Positions 45,273 through 57,946 of a stretch of 64,000 nucleotides of DNA are shown one piece after another. The stretch is from NCBI GenBank assembly GCA_000004985.1, contig GG738887.1. One strand, 5' to 3'. The position numbers and the translations under genes were made by a program. The notes below the pieces were generated by a model. That model worked only from the letters and a program-made list of their open reading frames with translations, was not told the DNA's origin and made no database searches. The first letter of the stretch is position 1; each line of letters begins with the position of its first letter. Source of the stretch: Naegleria gruberi. Taxonomy: Eukaryota.

Positions 45273-46689
45273 ATGTCGAAACAAGGTGGAATGACACGAT
45301 CTTCCCTCCAACAACAAGGAAATAGAACCAAAAAATCTAAAAAACCAATCAAGAAAGAATCCATCTCCGATCTTAGAAAGAACATTCTCGGATCAAAATA
45401 TGACGATGAAGAAGAAGATTTATCCAGTGGTGCTGCTGATTTCTTCAACGTCTTTTCTCCTATTGAAGCACAGGCTGCCTCTCATAACGTAAAGAAAACA
45501 ATTAGGAATAATCAATCACCACTTTCATCGGCTAATCGTCGAGTCACTAAACATGACAGTGATGATGAATCTTATTTGAAAATTAGACAAGACAGGGATT
45601 TAGTTCCAGTCACTTATGAACCTGTGGTTAAGAGGGATTTAAGTAAATTATTTGGAAAAATTAGGATAAAAGAGGAGGAAAGAAGGAGAATGGAGGAACA
45701 AGAAAACTTTTTCTTCACTGATGATTCTACTTTGCAAAATAATGCAGAGGATGAAAATCTATTGAGTACTAATCATGGTGATATTGAAATGCCAGAGAAG
45801 ACGGAAGAGGATGAGTGGGTTGACTTGTTGGAATATTGTAAAAAACAACTATCGGATATTAAAGTTGGTGTTTTCAAACTCAAGTCACTCCATCAACAAC
45901 ATGTAAAATTCACTGTACAAAAGAATTTCCAAGCAGAGGAACAGGAAATTAAAATTCAAACAGACTATGTAAAACAATTAATTGCCCAATCAAAGAAGAG
46001 TATTGATAAATTTGACTCGTATGCAAAAGTGGCTAGACGTAGGAAAAAGACACAATTCGAAACGCTTGTAAATAATGCTAAAAAATCACTACTCACTGAT
46101 TTGAGTAATTTATCTACTGACTTACAGCATGAACAAAGATCATTTTTGGATAAGCTTACCCAACTAAAAACTAAACGAAAAGAGCTACAAAGAATACATC
46201 AAAATGAACAAGTTGAGGAATTTTCTAAAGAGGAATTGGAGAGAATGGAAGCAATAGAGCAAAGATTTTACGAACCTAATGTATCAGAGGAGCAAATGCA
46301 TGATTTAATGTTGAGAGAACGTGAAATTATCAAAAGAGATCAGGAATTGAGGTTTGTTTCAAATATTTGTAATATAATTCTTCTAACTTTATAACAGAGA
46401 GGTTCTTCAATCCATTGTAGAGTTGCATGAAATGTTTCAACAAATATCATCACTCATTATTGAACAAGGAAGTCTTCTCGATAGAGTTGACCACAATATT
46501 GAACTCACTTTCGAGAATGTCAAATCTGGAACAGACAATCTCATTATTGCAGAAAGAGCACAATCTCAAGGTGGAGGATGTATGGTATGCCTCATTATTG
46601 GTCTATCTTGTGTAGTTGTTTTTCTTTCCTTCCTTCTCATCATCAAATTAAGGTTTGTTTCATGTAGTAATCTAACTATTCATATTTAA
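45273..46689 (+). CDS. Syntaxin-like Qa-SNARE with a long N-terminal region and a C-terminal TM anchor (~456 aa). Exons 45273..46351 and 46398..46689; intron 46352..46397 (46 nt).
   Basis: SNARE motif REVLQSIVELHEMFQQISSLIIEQGSLLDRVDHNIE followed by the hydrophobic CMVCLIIGLSCVVVFLSFLLII. Confidence 0.7.
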
Positions 46690-46717
46690 CAATCTATAGT
46701 CTTTTGAGAATATAATT

Positions 46718-48379
46718 CTACTGATGATTTTGTATAAAATATCTATTGTAGATTGATTTTAACTTTTCTAGAGCATTTTCAGCATCCTCTGAAGAACTAG
46801 AATAGGAAGAGCTTGAATAATGCTCTGGAGAGGAAGGATTTGATCTATCATTAGGGTTAATATATTGATATAAGGTTTTTGGAGATTGTGAGTTCACTTG
46901 GATGGCTTGGTTGGTGTAGGAAGGAGCTTCTTGAATTTTAAACCTTTCCTTCTCAGTTATTGTTGGTTGCTCTGCTTGGAGATTTTCAGTGGCATGTCCT
47001 TTTGAATTTTTAAGGTAAACTTCAACTTTTTCAATCTTATTTGTTGCACCAATAATTTTGAAAGCAATCTCATCATCTCCACCTAGTGTGGTTAAACTAT
47101 CATCAAGTTGTTGAGCCTCCTCTGATATTAGTGGTTTTGATTGCACATTTTCAATAATCATACTTGTCTGACAAGATTTTGTTTCCACATCTCTTTGTGC
47201 ACTATAATAATTAGGAGCATTAATAATTATTTCCTCAAAGCTAGTACTACCACTACTGCTGGTCAATAAGGATGAGCTCAAGTTTGGAGAAGGCTCAAGA
47301 GGAGTTCCGGGTAATGAAATACTTTCATCTTCCTCACAAGGAACTTCAACAATTTCTAGTGCTTTTGGTAGGACAATTTTGTGTTTCATTGAGCTAGTAG
47401 TAGTATTGGATGAGGAAGGAAGTTTTGAAGTGGAAGAGCTTCTTTTTGGTTTAGGAGTTGCCAGTGGAGTTGATTTTTTAGTTTCTACTGTTTTTGAGAT
47501 TAGTTTTGGAGTGGGAGTTGTAGCACGCTTTGGCGTGATTGTCTTTTTTAATGATTTCTTCTCCTCCACTGTAGTAGATGATGAGATCGACTTGGTAGAA
47601 GATTTTAATGTTGATACCTTAACTGATTGAGGTCTTGGTTTCTTAGTACTTGAAGGTGGGATGGTAGTCTTTTTGTTGGATGTTTTTTTTGATTTTTTAA
47701 CTTTTGGCTTGATGTTTTCCTTATTACTTTCTAATGAGGTGAAAGAAATATCCAAATTATTTCTTCTTCTCGTAGGTGATCCATAATTATTAAACAAGTA
47801 CTTGTCAGAATAGTGCTCAAGCTTTCCGTACAATTCATCCGAGTTTGTGGTCATGGTAGATTCAGAACACAATGAGAGAAGATCATCAATAGTTCTTTGA
47901 TTTTCATCAGCAACAGGTGCAATCGAGGAGATTGATGTATCCAAATATTTAGTTTGTTGACTCCTTGAATTGTTACTATTAACAGAGTCTTCGAACGAAG
48001 AATCTGATAATTGCCTCGTTGGTTTGCATTTGTACTTGTCTATATAATTCTTTAAAAGATCGAGAGTTGAATCCAAGTCACTCAGATGTGTTGTCGACTT
48101 GCTTGGAAGAGTTCCACATTTCGGCTGTGTAGATTGCTTAACACTCAAAGGACTCAGGCTACTGTCATCCGATACACTAAGATTTTTAACAGCAAAGGAG
48201 TGTAACTCTTTGGAAATCATATTCATCTCCTCCCATCTAGAAGATACTGAGGATGTACAAGAAGCTATTGATGAATTAAGGCTCTCTCTATTACCAACAC
48301 CAATAATAGACAACGATGATGAACATGTTGATGATGGAGAGTAAGAACCAAGCCTAGATTGTTGAATGCATTTACTCAT
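46718..48379 (-). CDS. Hypothetical Ser/Thr/Lys-rich low-complexity protein (~553 aa from ATG 48379).
   Basis: Long uninterrupted ORF with an extreme S/T/K/P bias. No domains recognised. Confidence 0.35.
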   Translation of the reverse strand: MSKCIQQSRLGSYSPSSTCSSSLSIIGVGNRESLNSSIASCTSSVSSRWEEMNMISKELHSFAVKNLSVSDDSSLSPLSVKQSTQPKCGTLPSKSTTHLSDLDSTLDLLKNYIDKYKCKPTRQLSDSSFEDSVNSNNSRSQQTKYLDTSISSIAPVADENQRTIDDLLSLCSESTMTTNSDELYGKLEHYSDKYLFNNYGSPTRRRNNLDISFTSLESNKENIKPKVKKSKKTSNKKTTIPPSSTKKPRPQSVKVSTLKSSTKSISSSTTVEEKKSLKKTITPKRATTPTPKLISKTVETKKSTPLATPKPKRSSSTSKLPSSSNTTTSSMKHKIVLPKALEIVEVPCEEDESISLPGTPLEPSPNLSSSLLTSSSGSTSFEEIIINAPNYYSAQRDVETKSCQTSMIIENVQSKPLISEEAQQLDDSLTTLGGDDEIAFKIIGATNKIEKVEVYLKNSKGHATENLQAEQPTITEKERFKIQEAPSYTNQAIQVNSQSPKTLYQYINPNDRSNPSSPEHYSSSSYSSSSEDAENALEKLKSIYNRYFIQNHQ

Positions 48380-48637
48380 TTTTTTAAATTTGAATATTAA
48401 AAATTGGCGCCAACCAACAGTCACTTGCCTCAATCCATTGACTCTTGATAATGCGTGGTGGATCGCACTCTATTAAAGCTATTTCAAAATATCAATAACA
48501 ATTAATTAGGCAATTTGAAGTAACTACAACTTTCTGCTTATTTTGAAAATTGTAAAATCATCTTGTTTTCCTCTCCTTGCTTGAATTTCCAGTTATCTAC
48601 TTTCTCTCGTAAAATTCAAGTAAAAAAAATCGCAAAG

Positions 48638-51600
48638 ATGTCTGAAAAGCCTGTTGTTGGAGACTATAGCGTCGAGTATTCCAAGTCGAACCGATCAACA
48701 TGTAAATTAACCAACAAAACCATCAAGAAGGACGCGCTTCGTATTGGTAAAATTGTACAGTCGCAATCTTTTGATGGTACCTATCCGATATGGTACAATT
48801 TCGAAGGTAGGTTTTTAACTTGGTGATGATCATCAACATGTTATAATTGTTGCTTTTTTGATCGTACAATATCTTGTTTGGATCACTCTTTATTGCTTTT
48901 ATGTATGATGATATTTGTGTGAATACCTATGTTGTATTATCTTTTATCTTGTGTGGAAAATTAAATCATTTGATGATGATGAATGTGGACGAAACAATCA
49001 CCGATACAGATTGGGCAAAGGATAAGAAACTTGTTAAAGAATTCCAAACAAAATGCAAGAAGGTTCATGGTTTGTCCAAGATTCGTCTCGAAGATCAAGA
49101 ACGTATCAAGAAATTGATGGGACAATCAAGTGATGATGCTAATGGTGCTAGTGATGATAATCTCTCCGAAGAACAAAAGCAAAAGAAGAAGGAATTTGAA
49201 GAGGAAAACAAAAAGATTTGGGAAATTAAAGACAAACTTAAGAAGTTAAAGTCTTTACCATTACTGAGATCAATGCTCTCAGAGAATGATCAAATTGAAA
49301 AGGGAGGTGAAGATTTATTAATTGATAGATGTGCTCTTGGATTATTGTTTGGTAACTTGCCTGCTTGTCCAAATGATGAATGTGAAGATGGATATATGAC
49401 CTTCGCAGGTGGTGTATTTAAATGTAAGTAGTTTTTCACCATTTTCAAAATGTGGTGTTAAAATATCAAATTCTAATACATGTTATCTTCAGGTCATGGT
49501 AAATTACCTTGGGCAAAGTGTGACTACACATTATCTGTTGATGATGCATATGAAAAGGCAAAAGACTGGATTATTCCAGATGATATTGCCGAATCTAAAC
49601 AATTTGAAGATTTTGAATTTAAAAAACACAAAAAATGTAACTTTGCTTTGGATACAACTGTTCGTGCACCTGTTGCCTCTTCAAGTGAAGAAAAGAAAGA
49701 GGAAGAAGAGGAAAAGGAAGAAATTGATCCAGAAAAGGAAAAATTACCACTTGGTAATTTCAAGATTGCTTGCTCTGGTAAATTGAGTATGAAACAAAGT
49801 GAATTGCAAGAAATTATTGAAGAAAATGGTGCTACATTCTTGAAAGATGTTTCAAGTGGTTGTACTCACTTGGTTTGCTCAGAAAGTGAATATGATAAGG
49901 AAACAACCAAAGTTAAAAAAGCCAAGAAACAAGGCGTTTTAATTGTTGATGAAGATTGGATTCACATGTCTGTTGAGAAGGAAAGAAAATTGACAGAAGA
50001 TGAAACAAAGGAATATGTACATTACAATCCTCAAGATAAAAAGAGAAAAAAGGAAGAAACTGAAGAAGAAGAAGGTGAAGGACAAGCAGTTCCAAAGAAG
50101 AAGAAGGTAACCATTAAAGGAAGAGCTGCAGTTGATGAAGATTGTGAAGATGCTGATGTTTTACATGTCTATGAAAAGGGTGATGATATTTACTCTGTAC
50201 ATTTGAACTTGACAGATTTATCTACTGGTGCTAATTCTTACTATGTTGTTCAACTTTTGGAACATGATACTAGAAAGAATTATTATGTATTTAGAAAATG
50301 GGGTAGATTGAATACAAATATTGGTTCAAACAAACTCACTGAATATGGATCTGATTTATCATCTGCCAAATCAGAATTTGAAAATACTTATTATGACAAG
50401 ACTGGTAATTATTGGTATGATAGACACAATTTCCAAAAGAGACCTGGTAAATTCTTACCAATTGATGTTGACTATGGTTCAGATGAAACTGATTTGGATA
50501 AGTTACAATCAGAAATGAAGAAGGATTATAAGGGTAAATTGCATCCAGAAATTGCCAACTTGGTCAAATTAATCTTTGACGTTCAAACAATGAAGCAAAC
50601 ATTGAAAGAAATTGAAATTGATACTGAAAAGTTACCTCTTGGTAAATTGAAAAAGTCACACATTTCAAAGGGTTATGAAGTGTTAACAGAAATTCAAAAT
50701 CTCATTAAGAGTGTTCGTGAAAAGGAGAAGGAAGCAGGTGTATTTATGGAAGATGATCCACCAGCAACATCTTCAGTTGATACAACCACAACTGCCACTC
50801 CTTCATCATCAGTTGATGCCACTTCTGCTCCAGTTGATAGTTCAAGTGCTACTCCTTCTGCAACTCCTTCATCATCAGCTGATGTCGCTTCAAGTGCACC
50901 TGCTGCTGTTGTTGAAAAACCTAAGAAACCTAAAACTTCAATTCATCAACAATTCAAACAACAATTCCTCACCCTCTCCAACAAGTTCTATACCATCATT
51001 CCAACTTCAAATCCAGAAATCATTGATGATGAAGATGCTTTGAGTGCAAAGGTTAAGATGATTGAAGCTTTACAAGAAATGGAAATTGCCACCTCACTCT
51101 TGAAGAAGGATGACGAAAGTGAAGAAGATCCATTAGATGGATACTATAAGAAGTTAAAGACTCACCTCGAACCACTCGGCAAGGATAGTGACATGTTCAA
51201 GATGGTTGACACTTATTTGCAAAATACTCACGCCTCTACCCATCGTGAATTCTCACTTGAATTATTGGATGCCTTTGAAGTTGACCGTGAAGGAGAAGGT
51301 GAAAGATTTAAGAAGTATGAGGATTTACACAATCGTAGATTATTGTGGCACGGAAGTAGAGTTTCAAACTTTTGTGGTATCCTTTCTCAAGGTTTGAGAA
51401 TTGCTCCTCCAGAAGCTCCAGTTACAGGGTAAGTCAACTTCGTTCAATATTCTTTTTTAACAATTTTTCTATCCATATTTGTTGTAACTATGTAACATTT
51501 TTATTATTTCAATTTTATAGTTATATGTGTAAGTAGTTTAATTATTTCACTCATTTGTTTAAAACTAAATTGTTAACAGTTGGTAAGGGTATTTACTTTG

Positions 51601-51962
51601 CTGACATGTCTTCCAAGTCTGCCAATTATTGTCGTACTAGTCCAGATCAAAGTACTGGTATTTTACTTTTGTGTGATGTTGCTTGTGGTAATTTATATGA
51701 ACGTTTACAAGCTGACTATATTGAAAAGTTGCCGCGGGGTTATCACTGTTGTTTTGGTCATGGTAGAACTGAACCAAATAATACCATGTGTCAATATATC
51801 CTTGATGGTAAGGTTATGGTGCCACTTGGTACACCATCTGCCTCATTGTTGTACAATAGACATACCTCATTGTTGTACAATGAATTTATTGTCTATGATG
51901 TTGATCAAGTCCAGATTCGTTACTTGCTCAAAGTTAAATTCAATTATGACAGACGTTATTAA
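48638..51962 (+). CDS. Poly(ADP-ribose) polymerase, PARP1-like (~969 aa). Exons 48638..48806, 49010..49423, 49493..51428, 51521..51528 (8-nt micro-exon) and 51580..51962.
   Basis: PARP zinc finger (YSVEYSKSNRSTCKLTNKTIKKDALRIGKIVQSQSFDGTYPIWYNF). PADR1-like Cys cluster. BRCT (FKIACSGKLS...THLVCSE). WGR (YYVVQLLEHDTRKNYYVFRKWGRLN). Catalytic domain (LLWHGSRVSNF..., VTG|YM|FGKGIYFADM, YNEFIVYD). All exon phases are consistent and the total is 2910 nt in frame. Confidence 0.85.
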
Positions 51963-52167
51963 ATTATTAATTTATTCATACAAGACTTTCACTATTGATC
52001 CTTAAACATTCACCAATATTTCATCCCACTAAACGACAACAACAGTACGGCTCATCATTACAAAAATTTTGGCTGGAAAATAAGCACAGCGCCTCAAGTC
52101 GTTTAATAAGAAATTGGCCAGAAAAATATTGTAGTGTTGAAAAAATTGTGCTTAATTGGATATTTAT

Positions 52168-54361
52168 TTAACTGTATCCATACATCATATTGACAAAGTT
52201 ATCAATATAGTATTCAGCTCCATTCAAAACTCTGCATGGTTCACATTCTAAATTGTTAGGAGTATTACACCAATAAACTCCAACCATTGGATAGACATTA
52301 CCTCCTCCCCAATTCAATATTGGAAGAACAGCAGAACAAGTAAGGAAGAAACTGACTACTGTCTTGACACTACCATTGGTCATTGGTGGTTTCTTACATA
52401 ATTTAACTAATCTCCACTTGTCCAAATATAATTCAAGAATTGAAGCAACCAAGGCAATCAATGTAATCATTGGGAAGCTAGCCATACCACTGTAAATAAG
52501 GTATTGTCTATAAATGACTTCCAAATATTCTTCAGAGACGTCAAAGTCAGGTCTAACACCTTCGTCACTGCCTTTGTTTCTTCTCTTTGAAATAAAGTAT
52601 GAAACATATGGAACTACCAATTCAATAGCATTGAAAACTAAAAAGTCCAACAACATTTGGATTAAATACTGATTACCCAATGTACGAATAACACATGGAA
52701 CGTTGAATAAACCCTTAGTAAAACCCATAAAGAAGACGTTGAAAAGTTTGAAAAATAAGTACTTGAAAGTATTGTGAGAACGATATCCTGACCATGTGTG
52801 ATGCTTTTCAAAGTTGGTCAAACTGATACAAATCTTCTTCCACAAAAAATTGACCAAACCAATCACAACTGAAATGGCAATAGAAATCAAAGTCAAATAA
52901 AGGGTATTTTGAGAAAATACTGCATCAGCAGCTTCATAGATGGTTGTGAAATTTTGAAGAATTGTAAAACCAACTGTAATGGCACAGGAAATTAACATGA
53001 AGAGAATGAAGAGGGAATAACTGACAAAATATCTTCCCAATCTGTGCCATCTGGTTGTAGATAAATTTTCCTTAATAATATCTGCATCACGATCGAATGC
53101 TTCGGCAAGATCATGTTCTTCCATATCGTATACGTCACGTTTTTGGAAACTTCTTCTGACAATGAACCAATACAATGGTCCAAAACCTAGTGTGGCAACA
53201 ATACATAATCTATAATAGAGTTCATATTAACAACTATTACATTAGAAAATACATACATGTTTGTCGCAACCCACAACCAATAAAGTTGTGGAGAATAACT
53301 GCTACCATATAAGATATCAATAAGACCACCATAGTTAGAGAATTCTCCCTTGAAAAAGTTTGAAAAAGTCTCAATATAAATAGAGTCAATAACAAGATGA
53401 GGAATAAAGTTGATTAATTGGAAAAATAGCAGTAGGGCATTCAAAATGATAATTAAACGACCAAAGTCAAAGTACAGTCTTACACCCAAACCAAAGTGGT
53501 CTTCAATTTCCTTCCATTTACAACAAAATCTCAAACGAATTGAACTAAATTCGTTTTGAACTCTATTAAGGTTAGATCACTCTTATTTGAAATTATTACA
53601 TACTCTTTGATTTCATCCAATCCTAAACCTGTCTTTAACAAGTAAGGTTGACCTTTTGCAGTTCTCATAACTGTATACTTTTTGTGATGTTGTACATGTT
53701 CTTTGGCTTGATTTTTTCCAAGTTGGTCAGTACTTTCAACACGATTCATTTCTGATATTTCCTGTAACCTTTTCTTTTTACCTTGTGCAAAGACATTCAA
53801 GCCAAAAAAGCCAGATTCCCATAAACTTTCCTGATTATCATGCTTGGCATTGCAAATGAATTGAGTACCATAAATATCAGTCATATCCTCATCATTCTTC
53901 TTTGTAAAGGTTGTTTTTGAGGTGAGTGCAATATCATTCACACTCATTTGACTAGATTGACGGTTAGCTCCTTCCGAAGGGGCTTTAGGACCTGATTCGA
54001 TATATCCTGGAGGATATTCATGGGTAGGGTGTTGTTGTCGAGTTACATCTTCTGTTATTGGTGGTGGTACTGTTGTATTATCATTATTATTAGTATTTTG
54101 TTGTAATTCATACTCTTGTGAATGGTGATGATGAGAAGGTTGTACATTATAATTTGGAAGATAACTTGGAACTTGGGCATTGTTTGTGAGTGGAGGATCA
54201 TTCGAAGGATAATAAACATTGGTATTATATGATGTTGTATTGGGAACATAGATATTTTGTTGTTGTGTCCCTGGCATGTAGCTGATATTGTACATTACAT
54301 TTGGATCTTGTGGTTGATAACCACCTGGTTGTTGTGGTGGATACTGATTGTATGGATCCAT
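52168..54361 (-). CDS. TMC (transmembrane channel-like) family membrane protein (~701 aa). Exons 54361..53604, 53562..53257 and 53209..52168; introns 53603..53563 (41 nt) and 53256..53210 (47 nt), both with GTATGT donors.
   Basis: TMC signature-like segment PCVIRTLGNQYLIQMLLDFLVFNAIELV (compare CWETxVGQExYKLxxxD). About 8-10 TM helices. Q/P/Y-rich cytosolic N-terminus. Splicing unites three adjacent track ORFs in one frame. Confidence 0.6.
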
Positions 54362-55509
54362 TGTGTTGTTGCTCTATTCTCTCGAAATTATTATTTCTAT
54401 TATTATTATTATTTAATGTATTATGTTGATGATGTTGTTGTATTGAACCAATATCAAAAAGGATGATGAACTTTTTCCGACGATCAGAGAGCTATTTCCT
54501 CTTCCTTATCTTCTTTTCAATTATTGTTTTAAAAGTAGTCGAAGAAAAAGAGTCTCTGATGATGATGATTTGAATCAATGTAAATCGGTGAAGTGGATGA
54601 TGAAAATCTACAATTACGAAAAAAAGAAGCGGCAAATGAAATTCGCTGTTTTGATTTTTTTTTAAAATTGTTGATGAAGTTTTTTCAACGATAAAACAAA
54701 GCGAAAAGGAAGAGGAATGAACTTTTGGATTCTAATTAGAGGAATCGGATATTGAATAGTTGAAATTTAATACTCTACTGACAAGCACAATAGATGGCTT
54801 TCAACACTTTCAATTCTGGGTTTCTGATCTAATTGAGAATTATTATTGAACCTACCTAAATTGATGGAAAACAGCACTTCACAACTCAAAACAAGGTCTC
54901 TATAAGATTATCACACTCGATGGTATTTTATTGTTTGGTGATGGATATTCATCGTTGTTGCATTGGTCTAATGTTTACGAATCACCAATCAAGTTGATTG
55001 GATCGAACCACCAGCATTGATCAAGATAGAAGAACTGTTCCAGTAGGTTTTTATAATTGTTTATAATAATTTGTTACTTTAAAAGTGGTCGACAACAGTT
55101 TGGTGCTATTTTGCTAAGAATTTTATTGTGGATGGAATTTGGGTTGTTATTCTGGAGTTGGTGGAAAGATTGATACCTCAATCGATAGAAAAACATTGAC
55201 TTTCACCTTTTCGAATACTTTGAGTGGTTCATTCAAATATTCCATTCAATCCTAACAGGAATTATCAATTCAAACAGCAACAATTCAAGTGAAGAGAATT
55301 ATTCCATCCCCTGTAAAATCTTCTTCAACACCAGTCAATCCAAAGACTTCAGGATCTACTGGTATTAAGAAGGCTGTCTCATCATCTCCACAACTCTTTT
55401 GTATATTCATGGTTACTGCTATTATGACTCTTTTCTCTGTATTATTGTAATTTCAATAAAGTGTACAAAATTTAAAGTTTTAAATAGTTGTAAAATTAAT
55501 TAATAAAAA

Positions 55510-56127
55510 ATGTCTTCAACAACAGAAAGCAAGTACAGAAATCCATCACTCACAGTTGATGCGATCGTTCCGATCAAAACAAATGAAGGGTTTCAAGTTT
55601 GTTTAATTACCAGAGGAAGAGATCCTCACAAAGGATCTTTGGCATTTCCTGGTGGCTTTGTTGATTATATGGAAGATCCGGAAGTTGCTGTTATTAGAGA
55701 ACTTGATGAAGGTTTGTTATTCTAGAAATTCTCCTTTTAATCATGATAATTAATTAATTATTTAATTATTTAATTATTAAATAATTATATTTAATGATGA
55801 TTAGAAACACACTTGAAAGGAACACAAATTAAATTAATTTGCGTAGCAGGAAAACCAAATCGTGACCCAAGAAGACATACCGTCTCTATAGTTTATGCTA
55901 TTAAATTAGATGGTCCTAATGCCTTATTCTCCCTGCAGGCTGATGACGACGCTCAAAATGTGGGCTTTTTCAAGATGAATGAATTGATTTCAAAGGCTCA
56001 TCCATTAGCTTTTGATCATCAGGAAATATTTGAAAAGTTTAGTGAATGGTTCGAAAAGGAGGGAATTACTGAAAATTTCTACTATACCTTGAGTAAGGAA
56101 GAAGAGGAACATTTGAATAAGAAATAA
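55510..56127 (+). CDS. Nudix hydrolase (~174 aa). Exons 55510..55711 and 55805..56127; intron 55712..55804 (93 nt, GTTTGT..GATTAG).
   Basis: The Nudix box is reconstituted across the intron: GGFVDYMEDPEVAVIRELDE|ETHLKG. Confidence 0.7.
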
Positions 56128-56386
56128 TGATGATTTTTGACAATAATCTACAGATTCATGTGAATCTTGCCTGATGAAAATCAGTATATGGTGATGGAAC
56201 ACTTGTAAATTCATTAAAGAGGAATGAGAAGAACCATTCTTGTCCTGTAATTAGTTGACCTTTTCTAGATGGACGCTTTTGGTAATAGTTATTAAGGTCC
56301 TTTCATTGCCGTTCACCTCTAGATAACGTTCTCTGAAATCTGGTGGCCAAACCAAGCTTTTCATCATCAAAAAATTAACTCACACG

Positions 56387-57946
56387 ATGAACACTCTCAA
56401 CTTGTTTGTGTTGATATTTGCCTTAATACTTGGCATGCTCATCAATAAGGCAAATTCATCATCATTAAAATTGAGAGCACTCCCTAATGTTAAACTTCAA
56501 ATACAAGAGCAAATTAACAAGATGGGAAATATATGTGTGTTGTCCATGTCTGGTTTGGATTGTCCTGGAAAAGCGCAAGATATGAATTTTAAGACTTCAA
56601 TCATCCGATCTGCTTCTGGTGAAAGATTAACAGTTGATAATTTACCAATTATTGCTGGTGTTGGTTACTCTAGAGCAGATAATAGCATTAATCTGCCTAT
56701 TCTCAAATCTACACAAGCTACCACCGTTAGTGGAAGTCAAACATTGACCCGTTCGATTAATAGTGCCACTGATTATTTCAACCTCTTGCATCCAGGTGAT
56801 GGAGCTGAGATTACAAATACTGGATTATATAGTTATGGCCAAACAGCTACAGATATGATTTTTAAAAAGTTCTTCCAAGGAAACTTGAAAGGTTACAATA
56901 TTCAAAAACAATTTTATACTCATAGAGTTGAAATTTCTAACATTGAACCAACTGATGATTTCAAGAGAATTATTGATCTCTTACCTGAAAATATGGATCA
57001 AGATTTGTACATGATGGTCATTAACTCATTTGGTGATTCAATTGCCACAAAGATTACATATGGCGGTATTGTAGACATGACCACAACTGTAAGATCATGT
57101 TATAACGATCCAAGCATGGAACAATATTTAGATATTCAATTGCAAATGAGTATAAATGGTGATACTGACACTAAAAAGTTGCCAAATGGATATTTGAGAT
57201 ATCAGAGAGTTGGTTCATTGGATATTATTGGTGGTAACCCACAATTAAGTAATATTAATCAAAGAACTCAAACCTTTGCTAAAAATCCTGTACCTGTAAA
57301 GATGGAAATTATTCCAATTTGGAGAGCATTCCCAGCTGGCATCAAACAAGAAAATATGAAAAAGGTTTACACTGACTATGCAGCTGCCAAAATAAGAGAT
57401 GTTAAAGCACGTGTAGCTGAAGTTGAAGCAAAAAGAAATGAAGACAAATTGAGAGCACTACAATTCTATGCTTTCAAGACTGATCTCAGTAATGGCCAAA
57501 TTCAAAAATTTGCAAATGGCAATTCAATCTATGTACAAGCAGGATCAGTTGGTTATTTCACAGAAGAAATGATAACACTCGACTATTATTTCTGTGTTCC
57601 AATTGGTGGCTATCCAGAGAAATGTAACTTGATTAAGGCAGATGTATTGAAACCTACAGTACATAGAAGTTCTGATGGATCTTCTTTCTATTTTGATTTT
57701 ATTCGTGGAAAGTGCGACAAATCCAATAGATCCAATTGTATCTTCCCAGACAATGAGGCAGATAGCTGGAAGGTTGGACAAACACCATCCTCTACTGTTA
57801 GTGATAGTTGTACCACTGTTAAATTTGATACCAAATCTAAATATTTCAAATTGAGTACTGGTTCATTAACTATTTGTGGTGGATGCATGCCTATGCCTTC
57901 TTCTGACTTCAAGAGTGTAACTTGTGGTTGTCCTTACCTTGAATAA
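56387..57946 (+). CDS. Secreted protein with a MACPF-like domain (519 aa).
   Basis: N-terminal signal peptide MNTLNLFVLIFALILGMLINKANS. Central motif FGDSIATKITYGGIVDMTT resembles the MACPF signature (Y/F)G(T/S)H..x6GG. Cys-rich C-terminus. Confidence 0.4.
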   Translation: MNTLNLFVLIFALILGMLINKANSSSLKLRALPNVKLQIQEQINKMGNICVLSMSGLDCPGKAQDMNFKTSIIRSASGERLTVDNLPIIAGVGYSRADNSINLPILKSTQATTVSGSQTLTRSINSATDYFNLLHPGDGAEITNTGLYSYGQTATDMIFKKFFQGNLKGYNIQKQFYTHRVEISNIEPTDDFKRIIDLLPENMDQDLYMMVINSFGDSIATKITYGGIVDMTTTVRSCYNDPSMEQYLDIQLQMSINGDTDTKKLPNGYLRYQRVGSLDIIGGNPQLSNINQRTQTFAKNPVPVKMEIIPIWRAFPAGIKQENMKKVYTDYAAAKIRDVKARVAEVEAKRNEDKLRALQFYAFKTDLSNGQIQKFANGNSIYVQAGSVGYFTEEMITLDYYFCVPIGGYPEKCNLIKADVLKPTVHRSSDGSSFYFDFIRGKCDKSNRSNCIFPDNEADSWKVGQTPSSTVSDSCTTVKFDTKSKYFKLSTGSLTICGGCMPMPSSDFKSVTCGCPYLE

